From Azolla caroliniana (taxonomy: Eukaryota; Plantae; Polypodiophyta): a stretch of DNA of 64,000 bases. A program made the position numbers and the translations under genes. The stretch spans positions 27,342,001 to 27,406,000 of the forward strand of contig JBHGNT010000002.1 in assembly GCA_043228905.1 (NCBI GenBank), in the 5' to 3' direction. The notes under the pieces were generated by a model. The model had not been told where the DNA came from, ran no database searches, and saw only the letters and a list, made by a program, of their open reading frames with translations. Positions 12,676-25,626 of the stretch are shown piece after piece (positions within the stretch are counted from its first letter, which is position 1; the number at the start of each line of letters is the position of its first letter).

Positions 12676-13288
12676 TGTCATGTTGTTACGCGTGTACGTG
12701 TAGAAAGGGGCGGGACCACGGGGGTCTTGGACCGAGGAGCGAGAGAGACAGAGATTCACAGACACGTAGAAGCGAGAAGGAGAGATATAGAACGTAACAC
12801 TTAATTACAATGACAAGAGATTACAAACTCTAACGGTTACAACCGACAAGGAGACGACGAACCTGACACGAGGACCCTACTCACACACACCGACGACAGT
12901 TACACGACTCCAAGAAACAAAAAGGGAGGGGAAAATGAGAGACTCTGCTGGAAGCACACGGGCTGTCCCCGAAGCAGAGGTAGCGAACTCCCGACACCCG
13001 CAGAGAACGACGGTCGGAGGAGGAGAGAGAGGCTTCGTACCCAGATCTGCAGCAGCACCCCTTCCTCCCTCGCGCGCGATCTTCTCTCCTCTTTTTCCCC
13101 TGTTCCTTCGCTTTATTCCCTGTCCTTCTGACAGGGATACACACAATCCCCCCCTAATAAATGTGTGCGGCTTAGTATTTACATCCACTGGTTCGTGTAC
13201 AAAATATCAAGTCACGCGTCCATCCGTGTAAGGGCCGGTTTATGCGCTTTCTCTCTGATTCCGCCTATGGCCGGTTTTCTTCACGACA
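12676..13288 (-). repeat. 5' LTR of element A
   Basis: Element strand TGTCGTGAAG...ATGACA, followed by the PBS. Confidence 0.9.
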
Positions 13289-14092
13289 GCGCGCACTCAC
13301 TATCCGATCCACAGCCGAAGCCATGGCTTCCGCGAGATCCGACCCCCTCATCTTTCTATTCCTCTGCCGCCTGTTCACGTCGGGTTCACCAAAGATGTCG
13401 CGTAGTTACGCGCGTTCGTGGGGAACAAGGCGGGAGCACCGGGGTCTTGGACCGAGAAATAGTTGAGGAGGAGGAGAGCGGAAAGGCAACGGACGCACTT
13501 GCACACGCACAGACACGGGAGCACACAGGAATCACAGTCCAACAACACAACAAAACGAGACGACTAGAAGTCTGAGCATGTGAACACGTATGTATATAAA
13601 TATATATATATAACGAGACGGTTACAACTAATAGGCCGGCGAGGCGGACACCGACGCCTGTTCACTCACACACACAGAAGAGCGAGATGGAAACTCTGCC
13701 GGAAGCACACGGGCGTTCCAGGAAGCAGAGTCAGTCCCCCCCCCCCCCCCCCCCAAAAAAAAACCTACGCAAAAAAATGGCTATGGAGAGTGGCAGAGGA
13801 GAAGGGCTCGATCCCAGTCCAGTAGCACTTCGTCCTCTCTAACACGCGATCCCTTTCCCCATTCCTCTCCCTCTCTTTTATAGCCCAAGGAGGGAGGTCG
13901 TTATCATCCGTTACATCATATTAATTTTCTGTCCTTTCGGACAGAGATACACCTCGATTCTCTCCCTAGGATTTCCTCTCAGCCGACTTGTACCTACCTA
14001 CTTACTATACAATGAAAAGTCTGCTCGCGTGTAAGGGCCGGTTTACACACGCTAAACTCAGTTTCCGCCTAGGGACGGTTTTCTTCACGACA
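13289..14092 (-). mobile_element. 5' end of a sister Trp-PBS gypsy A' (LTR 13396-14092, PBS 13375-13391, gag start) into which A inserted
   Basis: Same LTR termini, same PBS, gag start similar to A (MRGSDLAEAMA). Confidence 0.88.
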
Positions 14093-15604
14093 ACGTGCAC
14101 ATGTGTAACTTTGCAACAATGGTCACAAACTCTATATTGTACCACAATGTTGAAGTTAAGTGTATGTATATGTATGTTCTATGTATGATTGAGTGTATGA
14201 TGATTTTGTGAATATACTCCTAGAATCTCCAAACCTATATCATATACAATAAACCTATTGTACAACCCACAAACAAATGAGTAAGGAAACCCAAATCCTT
14301 GAAACCATAAAACCGCTCTTTCACTTTATGACCTAGAATTTCATGACAACTTCACTAAAATTCCCCAAAACTTCTTGATCCAACACATTTCATGCCCTAG
14401 GAACATCTATCTACACACATGATTCCAAATCAAAAAAACTTAGAGGATATTGATGAGGAGAGAGAGAAAAATGATAGAGAAGAGAAGAGGAAAAGAAAAG
14501 AATACTTGAATATATTATTAAGAAAAGAATACAATCTTCTTATACTCCAAGAGTAACAACCCCAAATAACTACTTCAATATACTATTACTAAAATAGTAT
14601 TTCCGTCTTCTCTCTTTCTTTTAGTAATCGTCTTCTCACTTCTTCTAATCTTCTTTTTCCTCATTTCTTCTTGTAGATCTTCTATTCTTCCTTTTTCATA
14701 GATATTCCACTCTTCCCTCCCCCCAATTGCTAAGAATACTCGCATACTTATAGGTTTTTAGTTGCGTTATTCTTGCTTTTTCTTTTCTTTTCTTTTCTTT
14801 TACATATCCTCGAGTTTGTGTGGTATATTTTTCAAATCATTATTTCTCTTTACAAGCTTTCTAACCCATATTTTCTTTTGAAATTTGGATAGGAGATGAA
14901 GAAGTTATGAGCTTTTTTCTCTACCTTGCTTTTTTTGCTTAATTTCCTGCGTTTTTCTTCTTTTTCTTTTTTCCTACGTTTTCTACTTTTGAAAAACGCC
15001 TCTAACTTTATATCTCTTCAATTTTATTTATCTTTTAACTCTTGGACCTTTCATATTGTGCGTTATTTCTATACCTTCGCATCCAATGTATTTTTCACGG
15101 TCCTTTCCTATGAGCAAAATTTGACTTCACAGATATCATTTTTCTACATTTATAACTATAATATATTTATGAATGAAAATTGAACATTCCTAACAATACT
15201 TCATCATGTATGACTTGCATTGAAATTGCTAAGTCTAAGGTGCCAAGAGATGCACATCCACGAAGAAAACACCACCCAAAAGAATTCAAAGTGTAGCCTT
15301 TTCTCTTTTTTATTGGATGTAAACTAAAAAGCATCACAAGAAGAATGGGCTCTCATCTTGTTGGGTAAAGAAATGGTTCAAAAGATGTCACGTGGAAGAT
15401 CTCTTAGAGCTTTCACTAATGTTATAAAATATGTAGTTATTGAGGACTAAATGTTGGGTTCAAGTAAAGGCAAGAATACTTATTGATCTCATAATTAACG
15501 TGAGTGTTAACTATCGTAGAGCCCTTCCACACCTTTTCGCCACTTGATCACACGAGCTAGGTATTGATGTTGCATTATGATATCAAAATCTATCAATATA
15601 TATA

Positions 15605-15750
15605 GGAAATTGGTAAATTCACAGTTTTTTTCCGTATTTTCACAGTTAGTTCAGAAATATGATTATTTGCACTACAAATGATAGCCAGATTCCATCCCCC
15701 CAAAAAAACTATGAAAATACGGAAAAAAAACTGTGAATTTACCAATTTCC
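15605..15750. mobile_element. MITE / foldback element (146 bp, about 43-bp TIRs) in a TA tract
   Basis: GGAAATTGGTAAATTCACAGTTTTTTTCCGTATTTTCA... and its reverse complement; TATATA on both flanks. Confidence 0.8.
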
Positions 15751-16117
15751 TATATATACATGTAAGGTATGAATGGAAGGACTAGTCAAGGATGAATATC
15801 ATATGTGTTTTATATGCTCAATATATGGTGCACTTTGGGAAATCTATGATAAGGTTCATGAGATAGGTAGGTAGGTAGTTTAAATCCACAAGAAAGGGAA
15901 CCGATCGTGATCGATGGATAGTTAGCTAGATAGATATACGTATATCTTTTTAAGACCCACAAGAGAGGATACCTATTGTGATTGACAATAGGAGGCCTTA
16001 GGCTAGGAAAGAGTGAGTGAAGGGTTTCTCCTTTTTTGGGGGGCCTGCTTTATTTCCCCTTTAATACCACATTGATAGAGGCCCTTGCCCCCCTCATACA
16101 TTGTGAAGCCTTGTTTT

Positions 16118-16441
16118 TTTCCAAAGAAGAATATACTCCATTAGTTAAAATGACATACAATACACAACTTTAGACATTACCTACTTCCATATGGGCTACA
16201 TCACTTATTTATCTTACACTAAATAGCCCACATGTTTGTTCTCCATGTTTGTCGAGTCATTCACACCCCTCTATCATCAAATGGGAAGGGGGAACAACCA
16301 TCTCGGTACTACGTACTGCCATCGTATATCCACTCCAATTTTTGCAGCCATCGGTGTAGTACACCATCGTTTTCTGAAATTCAGCCTCATTAAATCTGAA
16401 GCATCATCTATTCCATCAATCCGCTCATATTGGGCCGTCAA
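16118..16441 (-). mobile_element. 5'-truncated LINE 3' end
   Basis: Flanking direct repeats TGTG(A/G)AGCCTTGTTTT (16102-16117, 16442-16457); T tract as minus-strand poly(A); ORF end RWQYVVPRWLFPLP similar to that of 24749-25174. Confidence 0.7.
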
Positions 16442-19400
16442 TGTGGAGCCTTGTTTTGCTTTGCTTATGTGAGAAAAAACTCTCCTCCTTTTTCTTGTCT
16501 TTCGCCCATACTCAAAAAGAAGAAAGCACATGCACACACACACAAACACCAAACAAAAATACAAAATATTATATGGCCAACCTCAACTTTAAATCCAAAG
16601 TAAATGGCACATTATACATGCATATATGTTTATGCACGGTCGGTCATTATAAATGTTAATTCTTTCTCATTCACCTTTCTCAAGAAATATGGGAGAAAAC
16701 GTACAATGACAGATCTTTTCTTACAAGCCCTAGAGAATCCTAATCAATAAGGGGATTTTCATGATCACATGTTGTAAAATAGTAACTATTGTACGTATAG
16801 AAGTTTAGTCGGTCACCGATTAACATCAAGAGGGACAGAGAGACAAAGATATTAAACGAGAGTGTGTGTATGAGTTAGTTTAATAAAATAAAATGGACCT
16901 AAGGGCAATCATTAAGGAATGGTAGGGAACAAGAGTACTAATCTAGATTAGATTGAGGTTAGTTAAACTTTTTTATATGAGCATTGCAAGTAAATAGAAT
17001 GTGCTTATGAGTAAGCTTTATACAAAGTGAAATGAAGCTTCCCATGTGTACACAAAGGTTAGTTAGACACATAGATATAAATTATTATCTTTCTTAAATA
17101 TATATAAACTATGAGTGGGGAAAGTGAAGGGAAGAGAAAGTAATGATAAATGATGGGTTTGGAATCTGGATGAGGGGGAAAAATGTATGATTTACTAAAT
17201 ATGTGAAATCGTTACATGAATATGAAATCATATCTCTTAGTGTGCAAGAATATATCAATAAGAAAGAAATCAATGTTCACATTATGGAAATATTTCTCCA
17301 ATCTTGGTTATAAAAGCGTTTGGCCTTTCGATGCACAAAAAAGCCCAAATGTTTCCTAATCTGTGCTAAATAAAGAAAACACGACAACGCATGGGTAACC
17401 AACTTGTACATATTAATGAGGCTACCAATTATATCCTCAAATTGACTTGAGGTGCATTGTTGTCCATACAAAATCATAATTTATATCCCTCTAATAGTTG
17501 CAAGAATCACACTGTTGGAATTACCAAGATATAACATTATAGCTTGATATACAATAGGACAACAATTCTTGGATATATCATTAAATAGAGTTTGGATGTT
17601 GTTAGGAACTTGGATCTAATTAATGAATGACAACTCAATAAAGCATGGTTATCAAATTAATAGAAGGCTTTAGTATGACTCTCATACCTAGCCAATCTAG
17701 TGACCACCCATATGTATGTTAGATGCTTGACTATATAACATAAGCTAGAGGCCTTCACCTCAAACCTATAGCAAGCCATGATAACATGTATCAATGATTT
17801 ACTTTCTAAAGATTGGATACACCTATCATAATTCAAAGAAAGAAGAATATGATGAATATGCACAAAGTATGTTGCATTGTCCTTCATCTTTCCATTGAAC
17901 ATTCTAATGGCAAACATAATGTTATATGCTTAAAATTAGCATTTCATTGATATATGCTTGTGTTGACATAGCTACGTGTGCACAAGAGAATGAGCTTCCA
18001 TAAATTATTCCAAAGCACACGATATCCAACTTAATAACATTCACAATATAGGTTGTGTTGTTTAACATTAAGGTTGTGGGTTCAAGATTTGAGAATTTTG
18101 TTTTTGTCAATCACCTAAGACTAAAATCTATATTATTGTAGTTTTGCATTATGCAATGCTGCCAAAACCATAAATTGATATTGACAATATCATTGCCTAT
18201 TTAAGCATCTAACAAAAGGAAGAGTTTGAGTTGGAATTAGTTTGAGATTGGGCATGAAAAAGACAATAAGCTTCATAACTTACCCTATTTTTTAAACACA
18301 TGCACGCTTTTACACTAATCAAATAATTTAGTAAGCAATTCGCCTATTTATTGGGGTTAGGTTACATCTTCACAAATCAAGGGTTAGTGCAACAAGTTGT
18401 ATGCTAGATTAGAGCCAAGCTTGAGGAAGATGATGTGGCTTCAATTATCCATCGAAATTCATGCTCCAGAATGGGACGACCATTTATATAACGGAAACTC
18501 GAATATATTTATATTGCATGATGTTATTTCCAACCATAATCATCAAGATTATTAAATAACTTGGCCTCTCATTAGCCTCAACGCATGGTATTTATGTGAA
18601 TGCTTGTCTTGTTCCACGCTACATGTGCATTGGAATTAAAAGAGAAGATACCACGTATCAAATCCTCCAAATTTTATATTCTTAAATATTAATTCTATGT
18701 TAAATGCACGGTTATCTAGATGTGTATTAGTTGGACGTTGGACCTATGATCCTTGAACTAGACTAGTAAACGTAGATTTGGACATGTTTCAATTTGATAC
18801 ATATAGCTATAACAATTTGAAAAACATTTTGCATTTATGAGCTTTAATCAAAATTGATCAAGAACCTTTCATTCCTAATTAGATTTCTCTAGCTTTCCTT
18901 GCTAAGTAGATTTTTTAGTGGATTGAATTGTAACTCATCTAACTTAACTTGGCCTACAAAAGCAAGGATATTTCCAAGCTTACTCTCAACATCCATATAT
19001 AAAGGTGTCTAACAAAAAAGATATATAATGGTATACATGTGAAACACAAAAACCCCGCACACGAATATGAACTTAAAATATTGGTGTGAATCCTTTTAAA
19101 AATAATTATAAAGTATTAATTATAACCAAAGGTAACACAAAGCACATATAAACATTAAACAATTGACCATTAGAATACATAAAATTGGGCCAATTTGGTA
19201 TTTGGAAATTTATGAACAATTCTCATCGCCTTTATTTAGGATAGGTGCATTGGAATTAAATGATGATTGAGGTTGGGTTCATCTATTATACTTTTACTCT
19301 AATGTTATTAATACATCATACTCCACAACCACAAGAGAAATTTGTCATCCGAACTAAACGCTTTTATTGCAATGAGTTTGAGTTTGATCCATGCATAGAC

Positions 19401-20995
19401 AAATGAATATTGAAGTAAGTTGAGTGTACAACATGGTGCCTAATTACCCTTTATTTATATAATGAATTTATTTATAAGGCATAGCACAAGCTTGTTATCC
19501 AAAGTAAATGGTGCTCAACAATCCTTTTACAAAGCATAGCATAGCATATTGTTGTTATCCATTAAGTCAATGACTACAAACTCTAAAAAAAGATTGGATA
19601 AGCGTCATATAATTTTACCCACAACCAATTTTTATGTCTATACTATATTATATATATATATAAGAACCTAAAAGTTTCACTCAAATTCACAAACTTTTTC
19701 AAGGTAAAACATGTTTAGATTGCCTACGAGGGTGAGTCATGAAATTGTTTAAAAGCAAGGGCCTATGAGATTGATAAGCATTAGTACATCTTATTGTGTT
19801 GTCTAAAATAGAGTAACCAAGTGCACCTAGACAAAGAGCATTAGGGCAAATTGGAGAGAAAATATATATATTAAGGTCTTATAAGACCAAATAGAGAGAG
19901 AGAGAGAGAGAGAGAGAGTAAAATAGAGCGTCCAAGTGTCTTTGACAAACGTACAACCTTAATACCCCTAATACAGAAAAGAAATATACGCTAAAATAGG
20001 CTAGAGACAAAGTAGACACTAAACTAAGTGATGAAGGAGAGGAAGAGAACACTAAAATATAGACAAACTCAATAACGTAGGCTAAATTAAATCTACTAAA
20101 TGATTGACAATGAGAGACAAAGGTACAATACATTAAATGTGTGGAATCATTGCACGAATATATTATAGAAGAAGTAGTGATGTTTTTCCCAGTAAGAAGG
20201 ACAATTACAGCCAACATTGTCCAAGTTGCCAGTATTATTGTAATAATTTTCATAGATGTTCTAAAAGATGATTGGCTTTTAGATGCAACAAAAGTCTCGA
20301 TAAGTTAAAGGTATACGTACCACATATATTCGCCATAATTTACCTTATCCATCATTGGTTTACGGCTCGTCGGCGTGGCAAGTTGGATTCACTCCTTAAT
20401 TGATCATGTTGTGCATTGCTAGTAAGTTGACATTCGAAATTGTAATGTAGACAGTGTCTATTCTAAACATTATCTAGTAACGTCACGTACGTAATATTAA
20501 TTAGTAACCATGTGGAAACCATTATTTGCACACTACAACGCATAAACATGATGAGTATTCGGATGATTATTCGAATAAATGCCTCATACACACATTAGCT
20601 TGAACGTGATACAAACCTTTCTTTCCGCCTCTAATGTTGTATTTCGATATTTTGACCAACGTACACAAACACACACACATATTGATAAAAACATATCTAC
20701 ATGAATTCGTGCTTATCCATGGTCTACAACGTTAAAGAATGTTTGTACGGCTTCCATAAAGAGTTCACCATGTATCTGTACGGATTCCACAAGCTCTTCA
20801 ATGTAGCAATAATCATCCTTCATGGAATCAAGCCATGTACAAACGATCGCACGCTTGTGTGCACGATAGCATGTGCCATTACTCATGTGGGCATGTTGCA
20901 ACCACCAACCACACAAAACAAACAAATATATAAGTGCACTCATTATGTCGGTGTGGTTGGCCGAACAAACTTCTAATATAAATACTCGGGGGATT

Positions 20996-21217
20996 GCTAT
21001 TGTTGGGAGTAAGTTACACAATATTATACATTCATTGTCACTAGATACTCTATATGATCTTGTTGAGCTTCCTCCACGTTTCTACTTGATAGTTTGTGGC
21101 TCCACTCGAGTATCGCTATTTGTTGGGAGTAAGTTGCACACTACATACATTGTCACTAGATACTTTATATGGTCTTGTTGAGCCTCCTCCACATTTGTAC
21201 TTGATAGTTTGTGGCTC
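20996..21217 (+). repeat. Diverged tandem duplication (about 120-bp period) just upstream of the P450 ATG
   Basis: TGTTGGGAGTAAGTT...GATAGTTTGTGGCTC occurs twice; TATA-like TATAAATA at about 20977. Confidence 0.8.
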
Positions 21218-21247
21218 GTGTGATACTAGAGTCTAGAACACCACACA

Positions 21248-22357
21248 ATGGGTGCCCTTATACTTGAACAACACCAACATATAGTACAAGCCATGAGACT
21301 CCTCGCCATTGCCATCGCCGTAACGGCACTGCTTATAGTCGTTACCGCGACACTTGCGATCCTCGGGCAATGGGTCTCATGGGTCGTGCCCCGGGTTCGG
21401 AGGCGGTTGCCGCCTGGCCCGTTGCCATTGCCCGTGGTCGGCAACCTCCTCCATCTCTTCGTCTCCCCGTTGCCGCACCGGACACTGGCGAAGCTCGCCC
21501 AGCACTACGGGCCCCTCCTCTTCTTGCAGCTGGGGCCGACCCCGACGATCGTGGTGTCGAGCCCGGCGTTGGCGCGCCAAATCTTCCATACGCACGACAA
21601 GGCATTCGCGGGGCGGCCGTCGAGCGAGGTCACGAAGCGGCTCTTCTACGGGGGGGACCAGGCGGCGTTCACCTCCTCGTACGGGCCGGAATGGAGCTTC
21701 GTCCGCAAGCTGTACACGAGCCATGTGCTGGGCTCCCGGCACACGAGGCAGCTACATTTCCCCGTTATAGTCACGGAGGTGGGCATCCTCCTCCACCATC
21801 TCCACTCCTCGCCGGGAGCCCCCGTAAACCTTAGCGCCTGCTTCGCGGCCCTCCTCGAGAATGTGATATGCCGCATCATATTCCGCTTGCGCGCCTCCAA
21901 TTTCATCTCCAAAGCATTCTGCGGCGGCGGGCAGCAGCAATTGTTTAACCTGGCGGGCCTCATCCAAGATGGGGCCTGCTTGTTCGGCAGCGGCCTCATC
22001 GGAGACTTCATCCCCATCCTCGGCTTCCTCGATTACAAGAGGAAGACCGCCATGAATCGCTGGGTCTCTTCCTTCGATGCCATCCTGGAGGCAGTCCTAT
22101 CGAAGCGACTGGCGCAAACAATCTCCTCCAAGTCGTCGTCGTCGTCGTCGGGCGAGGGAGAGCCCAAAGACATACTCGATGTGTTTTTGGTCTCAGATCC
22201 TCCCCTTAGCAGAGTCAAGATCAAAGCCATGATGTTGGTCCGTATAATATTGAATCTTGATGATTCATTCCTAGGCTTTTAAAATCTGTGTTTTGTTAGG
22301 AAGGAGGGGAGGAGGAATGTGGATTCATGGCGTTCTTTCTTTCTTTTGGTGTATAAC

Positions 22358-22398
<41 letters not shown>

Positions 22399-23100
22399 GA
22401 ATTGCTGATGGGAGGAATCGGGTCGTCTGCAGTCACGTTGGACTGGGCCATGGCGGAGCTTCTTTCGAATCCGCGCGTGCTCAGGAAGGTTCGGGAGGAG
22501 GTGGACCGGGTGGTTGGGAAGGAGAGGATGGTGGACATGGCGGATCTGCCCAGTCTCCACATCACGAAGGCGGTGGTGAAAGAAACTCTGCGTATGCATC
22601 CGCCATCGCCATTGCTGCTCCCGCGCATATCCATCGAAGCCTGCGAGCTGCAGGTGGAGGGGGATGATGGGCAGGGGCAGGGGCAGGGGCAGGGGCATGG
22701 GGAGAAAGGGGGATCCTACAAGATCCCGGCCGGCACCAGAATGTTCGTGAACGCGTGGGCGATTGGCCACGACCCGGTCACGTGGGACGAGCCCGAGAAG
22801 TTCATGCCCGAGAGGTTCGTGGCCGGCAAAGGGGCTGACATCGACATGCGCGGCCAACACTTTGAGCTCGTGCCCTTCGGGAGCGGCCGCCGCATTTGCC
22901 CGGCCATCGGATTGGCCTCGGCCTTGATGGAGCTCACCGTGGCCAGCCTCGTCCATTGCTTCGAGTGGGCCATCCACGAGGAGGCCAATGTCGACATGAC
23001 TGAGAAGTATGGCATGGTCATGCCCCGTCAAGACCCCCTTGTCGTCGTCCCCATTAGGTTCCGTCTCGATAGGTTTCTAGGCCCCACCGAACTAGAATAA
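21248..23100 (+). CDS. Cytochrome P450, CYP71 clan (A-type); exons 21248-22237 and 22399-23100; 563 aa
   Basis: N-terminal membrane anchor, LPPGPLPLPVVGNL hinge, WSFVR, ETLR, PERF, FGSGRRICPA heme motif; phase-0 GT..AG intron (22238-22398) at the conserved A-type position; both exons open. Confidence 0.95.
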
Positions 23101-23454
23101 AACTTTGTACACATTTGCGGTTGTTGGATACAAACCATATGCCAATGGCATTTGTGTTGTAAAGTATGTAGTCATAACTTGACAAGGATTTGTGTGCTGA
23201 AACGTCTACCCAAATTCCAATAACATATTTATCTTGATATCATTTCTAACGTCATGTGGACACCAACCACTATTGTCTCATATAAACAGTACTAACACAT
23301 GGCTTAAAAAATGATATTGACACCCTCCAAGTTTCATGCATTTTTACTAGATGTGCCAGAACGATATATTCCCACTAGACTCTAATTACTATAGTCTATG
23401 ACACTTCCCATCATCTTCATTGTATACATATGTCCCTACTATAATGATCCATTC

Positions 23455-25560
23455 TTCTTTTCTTTTCTTTTTTCCCGACAGAGATACACCTTGGTATTAT
23501 AAAGTCATAAGAAATACAAAAGTTCTGTTGGATAAAGGAGTATACCAATCAGCTCCATTGTGCTCACATCATAGCTGATTTGATGTGTATATACAAGAAC
23601 TACACATATTTGTACACCATATCTCCAAGATTTTTATGGTCTAACCTCCCAAACTGCAAATGAGCATGCAATGTAACCTATACCACCAACAGCCGTAGCA
23701 ACAAAATCCATAAACAAAGTTAGTAGACATTGTTTCCAAAAATGATAGAAACAATATACATCCATATTATGTGATCTCTATCTTCCCTAAAAATGAGCAT
23801 TGAATCCCATAACCTTTTAAAATGTATTTGCTTCCTGAAAATGAACATTCGTACCAACCATGCAACATATGAATAAGTAACAACCAGAAATTCAGCAATT
23901 ATAACATAAACATCATGAGGGACATTGTCAAAAACTGATGTACAATCGCGCCTTCCAAATTATCCACATCAGAATAGATGAAATTGTCTTTCAAATAATA
24001 TCATCCCTAAATTGCAAACTATCAATTAGAAAAGCTTCAACCATTTGTATATGAGGAGGAACTACGTGAAAGGCTTCCACTATATCCTCCTTTTTCATAT
24101 AACAACAGTTGTCCCTCTAGAATGCCCCATATAACCACACTCCAAGTGATCACACAATTAACATGTCTCAATATCAGCAACCTTAATACTCTCTTCCATA
24201 CTTGCATAATTTTAGGACAAGACCACAATACATGCTTAATTGATTCCATCATACATCCATAATTAGTTTAAGTATTGAACCTATCAAACCCATTTAATCA
24301 CCATGACATATGTATGTTTGTGTGTCCACTATTCACATTTCTCTTGAGATGTTTGGGTGTGTGACCTTTAAAATTTTCTTTCGCATTTATGTATGCGCTT
24401 TTTCCAAAAGTGCTTCAGTTTTTCTCATTTCCATGATGACGAAATGCTTCGTCATGACTCATAATATTAGTACTTCAAATTTCTGGCTTCTCAAATATGG
24501 AAATGTTGGAATTTGTAGCACTTCCATCAAATTTTAGGCATTTTACCAAAACAAGTAAATCCATTTAATTTAATTTGTTATTTGTCATTTATGGAAAATC
24601 CAACATTGCACAAGCGTTGGAAATTTTGGCACTTTCTTAATATGCCACGCAAATCACAACACTTCAATGGAAATGATGATATTTTCAGTATTTCGAAAGT
24701 ACTATTGGGAATTTTGTCACTCTTGCAAACAATACTTCATAAAACATATATGGTTCGCGTTTATCAGCTGCCTACAAGGGCAATTGGACGAGGTTTGCAA
24801 CCACTCCAATGACGTGGCCACTACTCGTTTGCGCTTTTGGCAGAAATGGCAGGACACGCCTAAGGTGATGTTAAGAGGAAGTGGCCCAAGGTAGAACTAC
24901 CAGCCCCCATGCTGGCTGTTTCCTTCTCACATGCCACCCTCCCTTCGTTGTAGGCCCCAGGAGTCAGCTCATACTGACCGACACTAAAGGCCATTGCTTT
25001 TAGTTATAGGTATCTACTTACTTTAGGTAGTCGGTTTGAAAGACTATGTAAGTAGTCCCATTTTCTTGATCTTGATCGGAGGGAGATTCCCCGTTTTGTG
25101 CATAAGCTTCCTTGTATAGTCTCCTTGTAATAATCCTTTCTAACTAATAGGAAAGTAGCTTTATTTTGAAAAAAAATACTTCATAAAACATAGCCTTCGA
25201 GGATTTTGTTCTAGGGAAAACTTTCCCTTGAAGCATATCTTTCTTCTTAAAGAACATAAGTTTGCCAAAAGGTCTCACCAAGGATGAGCCAAAAAGGTTA
25301 GTGGTATTGGAATAAGATCATTTACCTATTGGAGCAAGTGGTCAACAAAAATATACATCATATGAATTTGGCATAGAGGAGTGTTTCAACAGAAGAAACA
25401 AAAAATTTCGAAGAAGCAAATAGATAAAGGGAGTTGGCTCTATACTAGAGATAGTACACCTTGGTAGATTTGGGATAATGGAATAGATTGGTGGCCAACA
25501 ATGCAAACAAACGTCCATTTCAACACAAAAATGATGTGATAGATGTCAAAGGATGGGACT
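23455..25560 (-). mobile_element. Heavily degraded L1-type LINE fragment (boundaries approximate)
   Basis: ESIKHVLWSCPKIMQVW (zf-RVT-like) at 24037-24252; T-rich tract near 23455-23473 as putative tail. Confidence 0.55.
24749..25174 (+). mobile_element. 5'-truncated LINE insertion with 18-bp TSD
   Basis: AATACTTCATAAAACATA at 24731-24748 and 25175-25192; A tail; ORF remnant ending ...NYQPPCWLFP. Confidence 0.8.
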
Positions 25561-25585
25561 ATTGACATAGAGAGCAATGATGCAT

Positions 25586-25586
<1 letters not shown>

Positions 25587-25621
<35 letters not shown>
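25587..25621. repeat. (CT)n microsatellite; others near 19893-19918 (GA), 22360-22395 (GT, P450 intron) and 59470-59509 (CT)
   Basis: Direct inspection. Confidence 0.95.

Positions 25622-25626
<5 letters not shown>

Larger units (their letters stand above)
1..13288 (-). mobile_element. Ty3/gypsy LTR retrotransposon A (tRNA-Trp PBS family), degenerate; 3' end lies outside the window; interrupted at 3267-10409
   Basis: 5' LTR 12676-13288, PBS, gag-PR, then RT-RH-IN fragments; the pol reading frame rejoins across the CTACC duplication; collinear with element G (45846-52797). Confidence 0.93.

Noticed and set aside
17277-18110. Possible decayed hAT transposase (CAH- and QCTSSQFE-like peptides)
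   Set aside because: Similarity too weak to support without an HMM search
14100-20900. Short ORFs in AT-rich DNA as host genes
   Set aside because: Low complexity, microsatellite-derived, no motifs or consistent splice pattern
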